DNA of 64,000 bases, taken from NCBI GenBank assembly GCA_046483985.1, contig JAWOCD010000006.1:32001-96000 (forward strand), given 5' to 3'. This document shows, one piece after another, positions 9,892-19,274 of the stretch (positions are counted from its first letter, which is position 1; every line of letters starts with the position of its first letter). This DNA is from Promethearchaeia archaeon. GTDB lineage: Archaea; Asgardarchaeota; Lokiarchaeia; Sigyniarchaeales; SOKP01. Below the pieces are notes generated by a model. The model had not been told where the DNA came from. It searched no databases and saw only the letters and a list, made by a program, of their open reading frames with translations. Position numbers and translations under genes: made by a program.

Positions 9892-11367
9892 CTATACTAA
9901 AAATTCTCTATTATTTTCTTTATCAAACATCACTTTTTGGGAGCTAGTGAAATATTTTCCATAAACTTCCTTATTTTTAATCATTTCAATAATAATTTCC
10001 TCTACGAATTCCAATTTTTTCGAGGGGATATTACAATACTTCCGTATATCTTCCAAACTCATCAAAGTCTCTTCCTTGCTTAACCGCTTCACATTCTTTT
10101 TGATCAAATCTTTCAATTTATCACTTTTTTCCTTTTGAACTCGTTTCTTCTGCTTAAGAAAGATAACTCTTTCATTCGCTTTCGAAATTTTATCCGCAAT
10201 TAAATTAATATAATGGGTATCTCCAATGGTTTTTGCAAACTTCTGCGCTTTTTCGTATTTTCTGATGGCCTTTTCAGGCTTATTAAGCATTTCATCTCCT
10301 GATTTAATGGAACGGTTAATTGATCGATAAATTCCAATATTCGTAGCAATATCCTCAATCTTCTCAAGAGCAGTATCTAATTCTTCCTTAGATTGAGCGT
10401 AATTTTTGAGTTTTTCTAGTTCTGTCATTGCGTAATCAAACTTCTCTTCGTAAATAAGGTCTTTAATCCTCTGTATTTCGTCATAGAGTGGAGAACCAGG
10501 AACTGTAGAGCCAAGATTCACAGATTTCAACTCTTGTTTATCTAATTTCTCATAATTCATCGGCGTAACAGCCGGTTTATCAAGTTCTTTGGCTATTGTT
10601 TTTATGGATTCCATGTGAGACCTTGTCTTTTGTTCAGGTGCTAAGGATTCAATTTTAGAGGGCTTTTTTTGGGGTTTTGGTTTTTTCTGTTTTTTTGATT
10701 TAGTTGCATTTGGGTTAGGGGAAATTGAAAGCGATTTTTTGTCAGAAACTCCTTTTACCTTTAATTTTTTGGGGGAAGTATTTATTTTCTTCTTAATAGT
10801 CTCAGCTTGGGTGGGTTTTGCTCCATTTTTTGATTCCTTTGGTTTTTCTTTTTCTTCCAGTGATTTTTTCGATGGAGTTGTCTCTCCAATTAACGAAGAA
10901 GGAATTGCCACACCATTCAATGAGGATTTCTCTTCTTCTTGCTTTAAAGACTCATTTTGTAACGTTGATCTCTCCCCTCTTCCTTGTTCTTTTTCTTCGG
11001 AAGGGTTTATGAAAATTCTTATGAACTTTTTGCGTAAAATCGTAATTCCTGAAAGAATAAATTGATCTATATTGATTTGTCCATCGGAGAATTGTTCCCA
11101 TGCACCATAAATCCTATTAAAAAAGGAATCCAAATTATTTTTAAGATAATTTTCTAAATTCCCTTGTTCTTGCAGTTCCTCCACTTCTTGCCGAATTGTG
11201 GGTCCAAATTTGTCTATTAGATCATCAACTGATTCATTTCCTTCATTACAAAATTCCGTAACACAGCGTTTCTGGGTAACCTCTTCAAGATCTTCTCCCT
11301 CTTTTTTTTTATCATCAGACGATTTCATTAACTCATTAAATATATCCTCTGGGTCTTTATCTGGCAT
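9892..11367 (-). CDS. Hypothetical protein with a low-complexity middle, helical repeats and a C-terminal PCI-like winged helix
   Basis: C-terminus MSLEDIRKYCNIP...VEEIIIEMIKNKEVYGKYFTSSQKVMF resembles a PCI wHTH, preceded by TPR-like helices. Confidence 0.6.
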   Translation of the reverse strand: MPDKDPEDIFNELMKSSDDKKKEGEDLEEVTQKRCVTEFCNEGNESVDDLIDKFGPTIRQEVEELQEQGNLENYLKNNLDSFFNRIYGAWEQFSDGQINIDQFILSGITILRKKFIRIFINPSEEKEQGRGERSTLQNESLKQEEEKSSLNGVAIPSSLIGETTPSKKSLEEKEKPKESKNGAKPTQAETIKKKINTSPKKLKVKGVSDKKSLSISPNPNATKSKKQKKPKPQKKPSKIESLAPEQKTRSHMESIKTIAKELDKPAVTPMNYEKLDKQELKSVNLGSTVPGSPLYDEIQRIKDLIYEEKFDYAMTELEKLKNYAQSKEELDTALEKIEDIATNIGIYRSINRSIKSGDEMLNKPEKAIRKYEKAQKFAKTIGDTHYINLIADKISKANERVIFLKQKKRVQKEKSDKLKDLIKKNVKRLSKEETLMSLEDIRKYCNIPSKKLEFVEEIIIEMIKNKEVYGKYFTSSQKVMFDKENNREFLV

Positions 11368-11504
11368 GAAAATTTAGAACCTCTCTTTATTTGTTTAAAA
11401 AATTTCCCAATTATATAAAAAACATAAGGTTTACTTATAAAAACTTTTGTTAAAACCCTTATAATAATTTTAGATTCTGAAAAAACAAAATTTAAGGATT
11501 GATT

Positions 11505-12371
11505 TCACGAAAAAAGCTCTTCAGCGTTATTATAGAAAATGTCCCTTTTTTGGTCATCTGTTAGGGGGAGTGAATGAATTTTATTGACTTCCAGAGAGAG
11601 AGGATTAGTTATAGGAGCATCAGAACCGAAAAGAATCCTTTTACTTCCCACCATTTTCACTAAGCTAAAGATTGCATAGGGAATACTGCAAGAAGTCTCA
11701 AAAAAGACATTTTCAAATTTTTTCAAACTTAAGCCAACATCAATCCCATATTCCATGGCATATCCTGCATGACCCAGAATAATCCGTAATTGGGGAAATT
11801 GTTTTGCTAGTTTAGCAATATCTTTAGTCATTACCCCGCGAAAATAAGAAACTTTTGGCGTTGAATGTATAAAAAGAGGGATTTCCTTATCGTAATCTTG
11901 CATAAAGGAAACCAGTTCTTCGATATCACGGGGAATCTTTAGCAAATGAATACCAGAATGAATTTTAACTCCTCCAAATCCCGCTCTAAAATGGTCTTTT
12001 AGTATTTCGTAACTTTCAGCTTTTTTATCGTCATCGATATTTGGATTAAACCAAAAAAACGGTATGAATCTTTCGGGTACTTCTTCTACGATCTCTTTTA
12101 CATCAGCATGATCTAATTGTCCCTCTGGCATCATTCTTTTAAATTTTTTAAATGCTTGGCTTACCTTATTCCCTTTAGTGTCTGTCTTATTTCCTTTCTT
12201 ATCTGCATACACCTTAGAACTTGCAGCTCGATTCGTCGTGGTTAACGCAGCCTTTTTGATATTGTATTTATCCATATATTCGATTAAACTCATTTCAGAA
12301 GGGAGGAAGTTCCCTATAGTATGTAAATGTGCATCAAAAATCCCTAAATCTTTTTTCATTACTTTACACAT
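11505..12371 (-). CDS. Amidohydrolase family protein (Amidohydro_2-like)
   Basis: FDAHLH, GVKIH, LFIHS, ILGHAG, FFETS, LFGSDAP. Confidence 0.9.
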   Translation of the reverse strand: MCKVMKKDLGIFDAHLHTIGNFLPSEMSLIEYMDKYNIKKAALTTTNRAASSKVYADKKGNKTDTKGNKVSQAFKKFKRMMPEGQLDHADVKEIVEEVPERFIPFFWFNPNIDDDKKAESYEILKDHFRAGFGGVKIHSGIHLLKIPRDIEELVSFMQDYDKEIPLFIHSTPKVSYFRGVMTKDIAKLAKQFPQLRIILGHAGYAMEYGIDVGLSLKKFENVFFETSCSIPYAIFSLVKMVGSKRILFGSDAPITNPLSLEVNKIHSLPLTDDQKRDIFYNNAEELFS

Positions 12372-12374
12372 CCC

Positions 12375-13193
12375 TTAAGGTATTAGAGAATTGAAATTAT
12401 CATAAAAAACTTGTTGCGTAATTTTTTCATTGAGATTAAGCATTCTGATTTTATTAATTTCGATATCTGGATTGGTGGCTGCGGGCGCGTCTGAACCATA
12501 GATGACCCTGTCTGTTCCCATGGCCTTTATTAACGTCATTATACCGTAAGGGATTGAACAAGAAGTTTCAAAATATACATTAGAAAAATTTCTGAAATAA
12601 TATAATAGATTTATTGTGTTTTCCATTGTAAAAGCAGCATGACCAAGAATAAGTTTAAGGTCTTCATACTTTTTGGCAAGATCATAATAACTTTTAACAC
12701 GGACGGGGTTTTGGAAAAAAAACGGTGAACCAGAATGAATAAAAAGAGGTAAATCATGGTCTATACAAAATTCAGCTAAGGAGTACAAATCTCCGGGTAT
12801 GGATAACTGGTCTACGAAAGTTTGCGTTTTAACCCCTTTAAATCCATATTTTTCGATATATGTCTTCAGTACATTCCAATCTTGCTCTTCAGCAGTTGCT
12901 GGATTAAACCAAAAAAAGCCGATGAGACGATCTGGATGCTTTTTTACTAATTTTCTAACTGTCTCATGGTTATATTGCTTTGGTTGGAAATGTCGTTCTA
13001 ATTCATTTTCATCATTTGGATTTCCATTACTGGATGCTAAAAATGCCTTTAAACTGGCATTTTGATTCAATGTCGTGATCGCTGCTTTATCTATTTCATA
13101 TCTGTCCATATATTCCAATAGAGATTCATCGCGGGATTTAAATCGTCCTATGTAATGCATATGCGCGTCAAAAACCTTAGATCCATCAATCAT
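12375..13193 (-). CDS. Amidohydrolase family protein, tandem paralogue
   Basis: FDAHMH, LFIHSG, ILGHAA, YFETSCSIPY, IYGSDAP. Confidence 0.9.
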   Translation of the reverse strand: MIDGSKVFDAHMHYIGRFKSRDESLLEYMDRYEIDKAAITTLNQNASLKAFLASSNGNPNDENELERHFQPKQYNHETVRKLVKKHPDRLIGFFWFNPATAEEQDWNVLKTYIEKYGFKGVKTQTFVDQLSIPGDLYSLAEFCIDHDLPLFIHSGSPFFFQNPVRVKSYYDLAKKYEDLKLILGHAAFTMENTINLLYYFRNFSNVYFETSCSIPYGIMTLIKAMGTDRVIYGSDAPAATNPDIEINKIRMLNLNEKITQQVFYDNFNSLIP

Positions 13194-13272
13194 AATGAAA
13201 AATATTCTGTAAGAATAATTACATAGTTGAGCATTTCAATTTGGTACTTAATACATTGGGAAAAAATATCGT

Positions 13273-13677
13273 CTATTCTCCTTGGATTTGAATATATACG
13301 TTCCTTGAACGAGGGCCATCATATTCTGTGAACATAATTCCTTGCCAAGTCCCAAGTACTAATTTCCCTTCATGTATGAGAACGAACAATGAGGGACCCG
13401 TGAGTGTTGATTTAATATGCGCATCAGAATTTCCTTCCCTATGAGCAAAGCTTGACTTTTTTGGAACTACTTCTTTTAGATGAGAAATAATATCCTTTTT
13501 TACTGAAGGATCGGCATTCTCATTAATTGTTATGGCCGCCGTGGTATGCGGTACGAAGATTCGACATATTCCCTCGATAACATTTGCCTCATCAATAAGC
13601 TCTTGGATTTGGCTGGTAATATCCACTAACGTTTCTCGTTTTGAAGTTTTTACTCTAATCTTGTTAAATACAATCAT
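13273..13677 (-). CDS. yjbQ: YjbQ/UPF0047 family protein
   Basis: HTTAAITINENADP, HREGNSDAHIKS, LGTWQGI, EYDGPR. Confidence 0.93.
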   Translation of the reverse strand: MIVFNKIRVKTSKRETLVDITSQIQELIDEANVIEGICRIFVPHTTAAITINENADPSVKKDIISHLKEVVPKKSSFAHREGNSDAHIKSTLTGPSLFVLIHEGKLVLGTWQGIMFTEYDGPRSRNVYIQIQGE

Positions 13678-13858
13678 TTTTTCTCATTAATTTAATATAG
13701 GGGTTTCCCGATAAAATAAAATTGTTTTTATTTTCTTAAATATTTTTCTACACTATTTTTACTCCATAAATGTAGATCGAAATCCAATTTTTATTGTTTT
13801 TATTTATTGAATCCCCTCTTCCATTAACTTAAGTCCTAAAAAATAATATTTCAAAATT

Positions 13859-14629
13859 CTAGACTTCTAAATCAAACTTCCCGTGCTTTCCCTTTCCTCG
13901 TCTAAACTCCTTACTCCCCTCCAGATATTCTTCGCTGCTTAAAGTCTTTAATCCATGTTTGAATTCATTTTTTAGAGCATCTTGCATATCCATTCCAAAT
14001 TGCTCATAAACAGACATCCTGTCATGTTGCATACAAGTTTGAGGAAATTGGGCGATCTTTCTAGCAAGTTCCTCGGCCTCTTGTCTGGAAGTACCTTCTT
14101 CTACAATTCTATTAGCTAATCCCCACTGGTAGGCTTCTTTTGCCGAAACAGGTCTTCCAGTTAAGATCATATCCATTGCTCTGCTTAATCCAATAAGACG
14201 GGGGAGTCTTATAGTCCCCCCATCAATTAATGGAACTCCGAATCTTCTGCAAAAGACGCCAAAAATAGCATCATTCTCCACGACTCTAAGGTCGCACCAG
14301 CAAGCTAATTCCAAACCTCCAGCAACAGCGTATCCCGCCACCGCCGCAATAATTGGCTTTGAAAGCTGCATTCGGGTTGGACCCATAGGACCATCTCCAG
14401 TCGGATCTATTCGATTCTGGTTTTCAGTACCTATAGATTTCAAATCTGCTCCAGCACAAAAAGTGCCATTTGCCCCCCATAAAACGGCTACTAATGCATC
14501 GTCATCTTTCTCAAATTTCCGAAATGCATCAGCAAGTTCCTGGGCGTTTTTTCCATCAATCGCATTTTTCACTTTTGGATTGTCCAGTATAATGGTATAT
14601 ACTGGGTAGTTTCGCTCAATTATTATCAT
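13859..14629 (-). CDS. Enoyl-CoA hydratase/isomerase (crotonase family)
   Basis: FCAGADLK, YAVAGGLELA, FGVPLIDGGT. Confidence 0.93.
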   Translation of the reverse strand: MIIIERNYPVYTIILDNPKVKNAIDGKNAQELADAFRKFEKDDDALVAVLWGANGTFCAGADLKSIGTENQNRIDPTGDGPMGPTRMQLSKPIIAAVAGYAVAGGLELACWCDLRVVENDAIFGVFCRRFGVPLIDGGTIRLPRLIGLSRAMDMILTGRPVSAKEAYQWGLANRIVEEGTSRQEAEELARKIAQFPQTCMQHDRMSVYEQFGMDMQDALKNEFKHGLKTLSSEEYLEGSKEFRRGKGKHGKFDLEV

Positions 14630-14732
14630 ATTCTAAGAATCCTCTCCTTTTAAATTTCTATATTAAATATTTAAGTAATTAACAATAATTTAACGGATAA
14701 TATAATATCTTTTTTCCCCAAAAGGGATAATT

Positions 14733-15113
14733 ATGCTTGAAGATTCTAATTTCAAGAATAAAGCATTACGCAAAGGTCAAGATTATTTCAAAGATGTGCA
14801 TATGACTCAAGAGCAGCATGAGATCTTCAACGATTTTATTAAAATCTTTTTAAAACATGTACCTATAGAGAAAATGACAGCAAAAGGGATCGGATGGCGT
14901 TCTATTCGTAAATGGCAGCTTAAACATAAACGTGATTTATTGGGATTAATAGATGAAGAGTCAGAAGAACGAGTGAAATCAATTAACCAATTACTGCAAA
15001 TCATAAAGAAAGAATTAATCGGAGATTTAGTATCTGATGATGACATCCCTTTAGTTGATGAAGCAATAGACGATATTTTAGATTTCTATAAAGACAAATA
15101 TGCGAATCGCTAA
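14733..15113 (+). CDS. Hypothetical protein
   Basis: 126-aa ORF with ATG start occupying its own intergenic slot; no motif recognised. Confidence 0.7.
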   Translation: MLEDSNFKNKALRKGQDYFKDVHMTQEQHEIFNDFIKIFLKHVPIEKMTAKGIGWRSIRKWQLKHKRDLLGLIDEESEERVKSINQLLQIIKKELIGDLVSDDDIPLVDEAIDDILDFYKDKYANR

Positions 15114-15249
15114 AATATTATAAAAATCACTTTCTCTTTCTTCATTATATTATATTCGAAACTTAAAAAAATGAATTTTGAAAATCTTAGTCTCAAGTAT
15201 TTCAATGGAAATAATGTGATCAGTAATTAAAAATAAAAAAAATATATGA

Positions 15250-16338
15250 TTATTTTTGGAATTTAAGCATATCTGCCATCTCAACAAAACTACTGGTTCG
15301 AATGAGTGCTGCTTTTAAGAATTGGAATCCGATATCATAGGTGGAACCATCTCCACCAATGTGAATAACATACGGAATTTCTCCATCAAATATTCCCTTC
15401 TTTTTCTGGATCTTATAGGAAGTTGAAATTGCATCAGCTACGGTCGCGCCAGATTCAAAAAGATGATGCATCCATGGAACTCTCCATGAGCTTACATTGT
15501 CTTTTGATGTGGAAACTTCTGAACAACTGGTGTTGTTGACATAGATAAAATTATCTTCAGAAACTTGGGTAGCCGCTGTACTAAGCTGGAATAAAACCAT
15601 TCCCGCACCGCACCCAGGACATAAACCATGACCAGGTAATAGATGTTGTTGGGGTTTAAGCTTTTTCTTGTTGATTTTGTATAATTCATGCGGTTTTTCT
15701 TGCTTGAAAGTCTCAATTAACCGTTTCAACTTTTCATTACGTCTCTCTGTGTAGTAAATGATCCTATTTATTTCTTTTTCTCGGAATCTTGGTTTAAAAA
15801 GATGCTTAAACCGTCCCATTGAGCGTAGATATTCCACAAACTTATCTTTATCGATGTCTAAACCCCGATAATAAGAGAAACTGGGAATTCCATCCTCTAC
15901 TCTAATCGTATATAAGGGCCAATAACCAGAATCTGTTGCTAATTTTGAAATTTTCACCGCATCTCCAGCATCATGTCGCCAGCCCCGCATACAATCAGAA
16001 TAAGCTTGAATAAAAGCAGAGCCATTAGATTTAAGTGCATCCATGACCTTACCCATAAAATCGTTTGAATAGGCGGGATTCGCAGTAGCCAGAAACATTT
16101 TTTTCTGACCGTAAAATGCAAAAGGAGTAACTAAATCTTGTTTAATCCCTACTTTTCCAGGAATTTTTTTTCCTGCCGGTCCCGTTGTGGTACTTGCGTA
16201 TGGGGGCGTTCCTCCGCTTTCTTGAATACCAGTATTCATAAAAGCTTCATTATCGTAGTTTAAGAAGAGAACATTACTCTTTTCATCCCGTGCTAGGATA
16301 TCATCCATTTTAATAACTGTCGTTTCTTTACTTACCAT
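15250..16338 (-). CDS. porB: Pyruvate/2-oxoacid:ferredoxin oxidoreductase beta subunit, circularly permuted
   Basis: All PorB motifs present but in swapped order: YDNEAFMNTGIQ (aa 28-39), DCMRGW, YWPLY, GRFKHL come first; PGHGLCPGCG (235-244), TSCSEV, VPWMHHLFE, GGDGSTYDIG (328-337) come last. Confidence 0.9.
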   Translation of the reverse strand: MVSKETTVIKMDDILARDEKSNVLFLNYDNEAFMNTGIQESGGTPPYASTTTGPAGKKIPGKVGIKQDLVTPFAFYGQKKMFLATANPAYSNDFMGKVMDALKSNGSAFIQAYSDCMRGWRHDAGDAVKISKLATDSGYWPLYTIRVEDGIPSFSYYRGLDIDKDKFVEYLRSMGRFKHLFKPRFREKEINRIIYYTERRNEKLKRLIETFKQEKPHELYKINKKKLKPQQHLLPGHGLCPGCGAGMVLFQLSTAATQVSEDNFIYVNNTSCSEVSTSKDNVSSWRVPWMHHLFESGATVADAISTSYKIQKKKGIFDGEIPYVIHIGGDGSTYDIGFQFLKAALIRTSSFVEMADMLKFQK

Positions 16339-16339
16339 T

Positions 16340-17563
16340 TTACATGTTCACCCCATAAATTTTATCCTTTGTTTCACGTACACCTAAGTACATGTATAGT
16401 CGTCCATCCATATCATCCACCTTTTTCATCTTCTTCTTCGCGATATCAAACTCATCTCTGGTCACATCTCTTCCTCCTAATCCTACAATAAAGGAGCGGA
16501 AGATTGTGCCCAATGGATAAAGCGCTGTCGCAACCGAGCTCGAGAAGGGTGGTAATAAATTATTCAAGGAATCTACTTTTTCGAGTATCATAAGTTTTTC
16601 TAATCCATATTCTTCGACTATATCTTGAAGTTCCTCATAGGGGAATGGACGAAAAGTGCGAATTTTAATTAATCCGACATCTTGATTTTCAGTCATCCAG
16701 CTGATAATATTTCCGCACATAGATCCCATCGTGACAAACGCCATATTGGACGAATTATCCAAATTATAAGTTTCAATTGTATTATATTCTCTCCCCGTTG
16801 CTTTCTCGAACCGATCAAATGCATCTCTCATCTTATCTAAAACATCTTCCTTATCAACGTCTAAGCTTTTACGAAATTCTTGAAAATAGTCTGGTGTAAC
16901 GATTCCTCCCCATGTCCCTGGTTTTTCGGGAGTAATGGTATGTCGAGTTCTTTTCGGTGTTAATTGTCGAACTGTTTCATCGGGAATCAATGTGAGTTTT
17001 TGTACCGAGTGAGATATAATAAAACCATCATGAACAAACATGGTTGGAAAGAGAGTATCCTCTGAAATCATGACGGAAAGTATGGCTGCATCGTAGGTTT
17101 CTTGAACGTTCTCGCTCACAAGAGTATTCCAGCCATAATCAACGATAGTATATTCCCAATAATTCCAAATTGAAAGATTGGGTGCATTGAATGCACGGGC
17201 AGAGATCATCATCGTAAGCGGTACTCGCCACCCTACCGCCATTGGTAAGGCTTCTTGCATTAATAAATATCCTTGGGATGCCGTTGCAGTAAATGTCCTA
17301 GCTCCAGCAGCACAAGCTGCGGTGGAGTAACTCATTGCAGCTAATTCAGACTCTACATTGACAAAAGCAGCATCCAACCTTCCTTGGTGTACCACATCGC
17401 TTAAACCCTCAACGGATTGTGTCTGAGGAGTGATTGGAAAAGCACAGACTACATCGGGGTCTGTCTGAGTAACTGCCCCTGCAACTGCGTAGTTTCCAAT
17501 CATAGCTGTTTCTATTGGCTCTTTAATTTCTTTAAAAAATAACTTCATAGGTTCTATACTCAT
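16340..17563 (-). CDS. porA: Pyruvate/2-oxoacid:ferredoxin oxidoreductase alpha subunit
   Basis: AFPITPQT, VESELAAMS, RTFTATASQG, HDGFIISH, RTFRPFP, GLGGRD. Confidence 0.93.
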   Translation of the reverse strand: MSIEPMKLFFKEIKEPIETAMIGNYAVAGAVTQTDPDVVCAFPITPQTQSVEGLSDVVHQGRLDAAFVNVESELAAMSYSTAACAAGARTFTATASQGYLLMQEALPMAVGWRVPLTMMISARAFNAPNLSIWNYWEYTIVDYGWNTLVSENVQETYDAAILSVMISEDTLFPTMFVHDGFIISHSVQKLTLIPDETVRQLTPKRTRHTITPEKPGTWGGIVTPDYFQEFRKSLDVDKEDVLDKMRDAFDRFEKATGREYNTIETYNLDNSSNMAFVTMGSMCGNIISWMTENQDVGLIKIRTFRPFPYEELQDIVEEYGLEKLMILEKVDSLNNLLPPFSSSVATALYPLGTIFRSFIVGLGGRDVTRDEFDIAKKKMKKVDDMDGRLYMYLGVRETKDKIYGVNM

Positions 17564-17576
17564 TATATTCTACCTC

Positions 17577-18569
17577 CTATTCCTCTTCCTCTGGTACGGC
17601 ACATGATGCCGGACCTTGTTTTAATTTTTTACTTAAAGCGTTAACCGGACAGATATTTACGCAATTCAAACAACTCTTGCAATGTTTTCTGTCAATACCA
17701 ACCATATGCCATAGGCCATCTTCTCCTTTTTCTCGGAGAATGGCAAAATCTGGACAAATAAACCAGCACTGACCGCAATCCGTACATGTTTCTTCGTCCC
17801 AAATGATATCATATTCTCCCCAAGAACCCGTGTTTACTTGATCACTCCCTACACGTATAATATCCGAATCGGTATACCAGACACCAGCTTTATCTAATTC
17901 CTTAAATCCAGGTTTTCCCAGGGCGACTTGTTGCCATTCAACTTTTGTGTCTTCCGCAAAATTTGGTTGATATTTCGTTTCATAAATGCATACTTCTTCC
18001 ATAGCTTTTTTCACTGCTTCAACATTTTTACTGGCAATCTTATCTTTAAAGCGTCTCATTATAGCTTCTGAGAGTTGCTTTAGTGTGAAAAGATTAGACA
18101 CTTTTAGTAACGCCCCAAGGATAATTGTGTTAGTAATATTTCGTCCAAGAATGTCAAGAGCAATTCGGGTTGCATCTGCCGTTGCGACATTGATATTTTT
18201 TCTGCCTACAATATCTTGAATTTCCTTTTGATTCAATACCGTATTTACGATTAACCACCCGCCTTCCGGCATACCAGCTGTGACATCTACCTCACCTAAT
18301 AAAGAAGGATCTAAAACAGAGACAAATTGAGGTGCATAAACTTGCTCGTTACTCCGAACTAAATCATCATTATGTGAAAGGCGTACATAACTCTGAGTTG
18401 GACTGCCCATCCTTTCAGCTCCAAATTTAGGCTGACAAACTCCATATCCAGTAAATGCTTCAACACATAGATTTGACGCCGTAACACCTCCTTGACCGCC
18501 ACGAGCGTGAAATCTTAAATTCACCTTATGTTTCTGGAGAATTTCCTCCATTTCCTCGAATGTGTACAT
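17577..18569 (-). CDS. Fused 2-oxoacid:ferredoxin oxidoreductase gamma-delta subunit
   Basis: RFHARGGQGGVT, FGAERMG, NTIILGAL (gamma), followed by TGSW and two CxxCxxCxxxCP motifs (delta ferredoxin). Confidence 0.92.
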   Translation of the reverse strand: MYTFEEMEEILQKHKVNLRFHARGGQGGVTASNLCVEAFTGYGVCQPKFGAERMGSPTQSYVRLSHNDDLVRSNEQVYAPQFVSVLDPSLLGEVDVTAGMPEGGWLIVNTVLNQKEIQDIVGRKNINVATADATRIALDILGRNITNTIILGALLKVSNLFTLKQLSEAIMRRFKDKIASKNVEAVKKAMEEVCIYETKYQPNFAEDTKVEWQQVALGKPGFKELDKAGVWYTDSDIIRVGSDQVNTGSWGEYDIIWDEETCTDCGQCWFICPDFAILREKGEDGLWHMVGIDRKHCKSCLNCVNICPVNALSKKLKQGPASCAVPEEEE

Positions 18570-19016
18570 ATTGTTTTTCCCTCGTTCTTTTTATTTTTAA
18601 AATATGTTAAATTTTTTATTGAATCGAAAGATTATAAATTTTACCAACATAAAATTTAAACATTATTTCAAAAATTATGTTGATTGTGAAGATTAATGTT
18701 TGATGATTAATGAGATTTTTGCTCAATAGAAGAATCCAATTTAAAGGGGCGTATTTGTTACTTTCTCTTATCAATGTTCTTTAACCTTAAATTATCATAA
18801 TTAATAGTGTCGATTAAGGAATTCCTTTAAATTTTTATGTTTTAAATTAATCTATTGAATTTTTATGTTTAAAATCTATAGATTAATTAATTCTTGAAGT
18901 AAGAAGAAGGAAAAATTTTAAAAATTATTTAACGATGAAAGTTAAATAAAAATAGAAAAAATCATTTAACTCAATGATTTTCTTTTTATCAACTAAAAAG
19001 GTGAAAGAGAATAAAA

Positions 19017-19274
19017 ATGTCAAAAATTTTTCAATCAGAAATTTTTCGAAAGACCTTTTCTCTTCTTCTCAGAATACTGATTTTTCTAGGTGCTGCTTTA
19101 GCCGTAGCAGTTCGGATTCTTACCATAATTCCGATCCTTATCGGGATTATAATAATTTGGAAGGATTCTAAAAAGTATGGTCAATTTTTAGGATGGCTTT
19201 TAGCAGTGGGAGGTTTAACGGCAACTATAATTTATCATATTACATATGTTGTGGAAGGAGGTTTATTATATTGA
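19017..19274 (+). CDS. Small membrane protein
   Basis: 85 aa with 2-3 hydrophobic segments; stop TGA overlaps the TTG start of the next gene (ttga). Confidence 0.65.
   Translation: MSKIFQSEIFRKTFSLLLRILIFLGAALAVAVRILTIIPILIGIIIIWKDSKKYGQFLGWLLAVGGLTATIIYHITYVVEGGLLY

Noticed and set aside
19193-19270. N-terminal extension of the DUF3604-like ORF
   Set aside because: Overlaps the upstream membrane-protein gene; the TTGA stop/start overlap at 19271 is more plausible.
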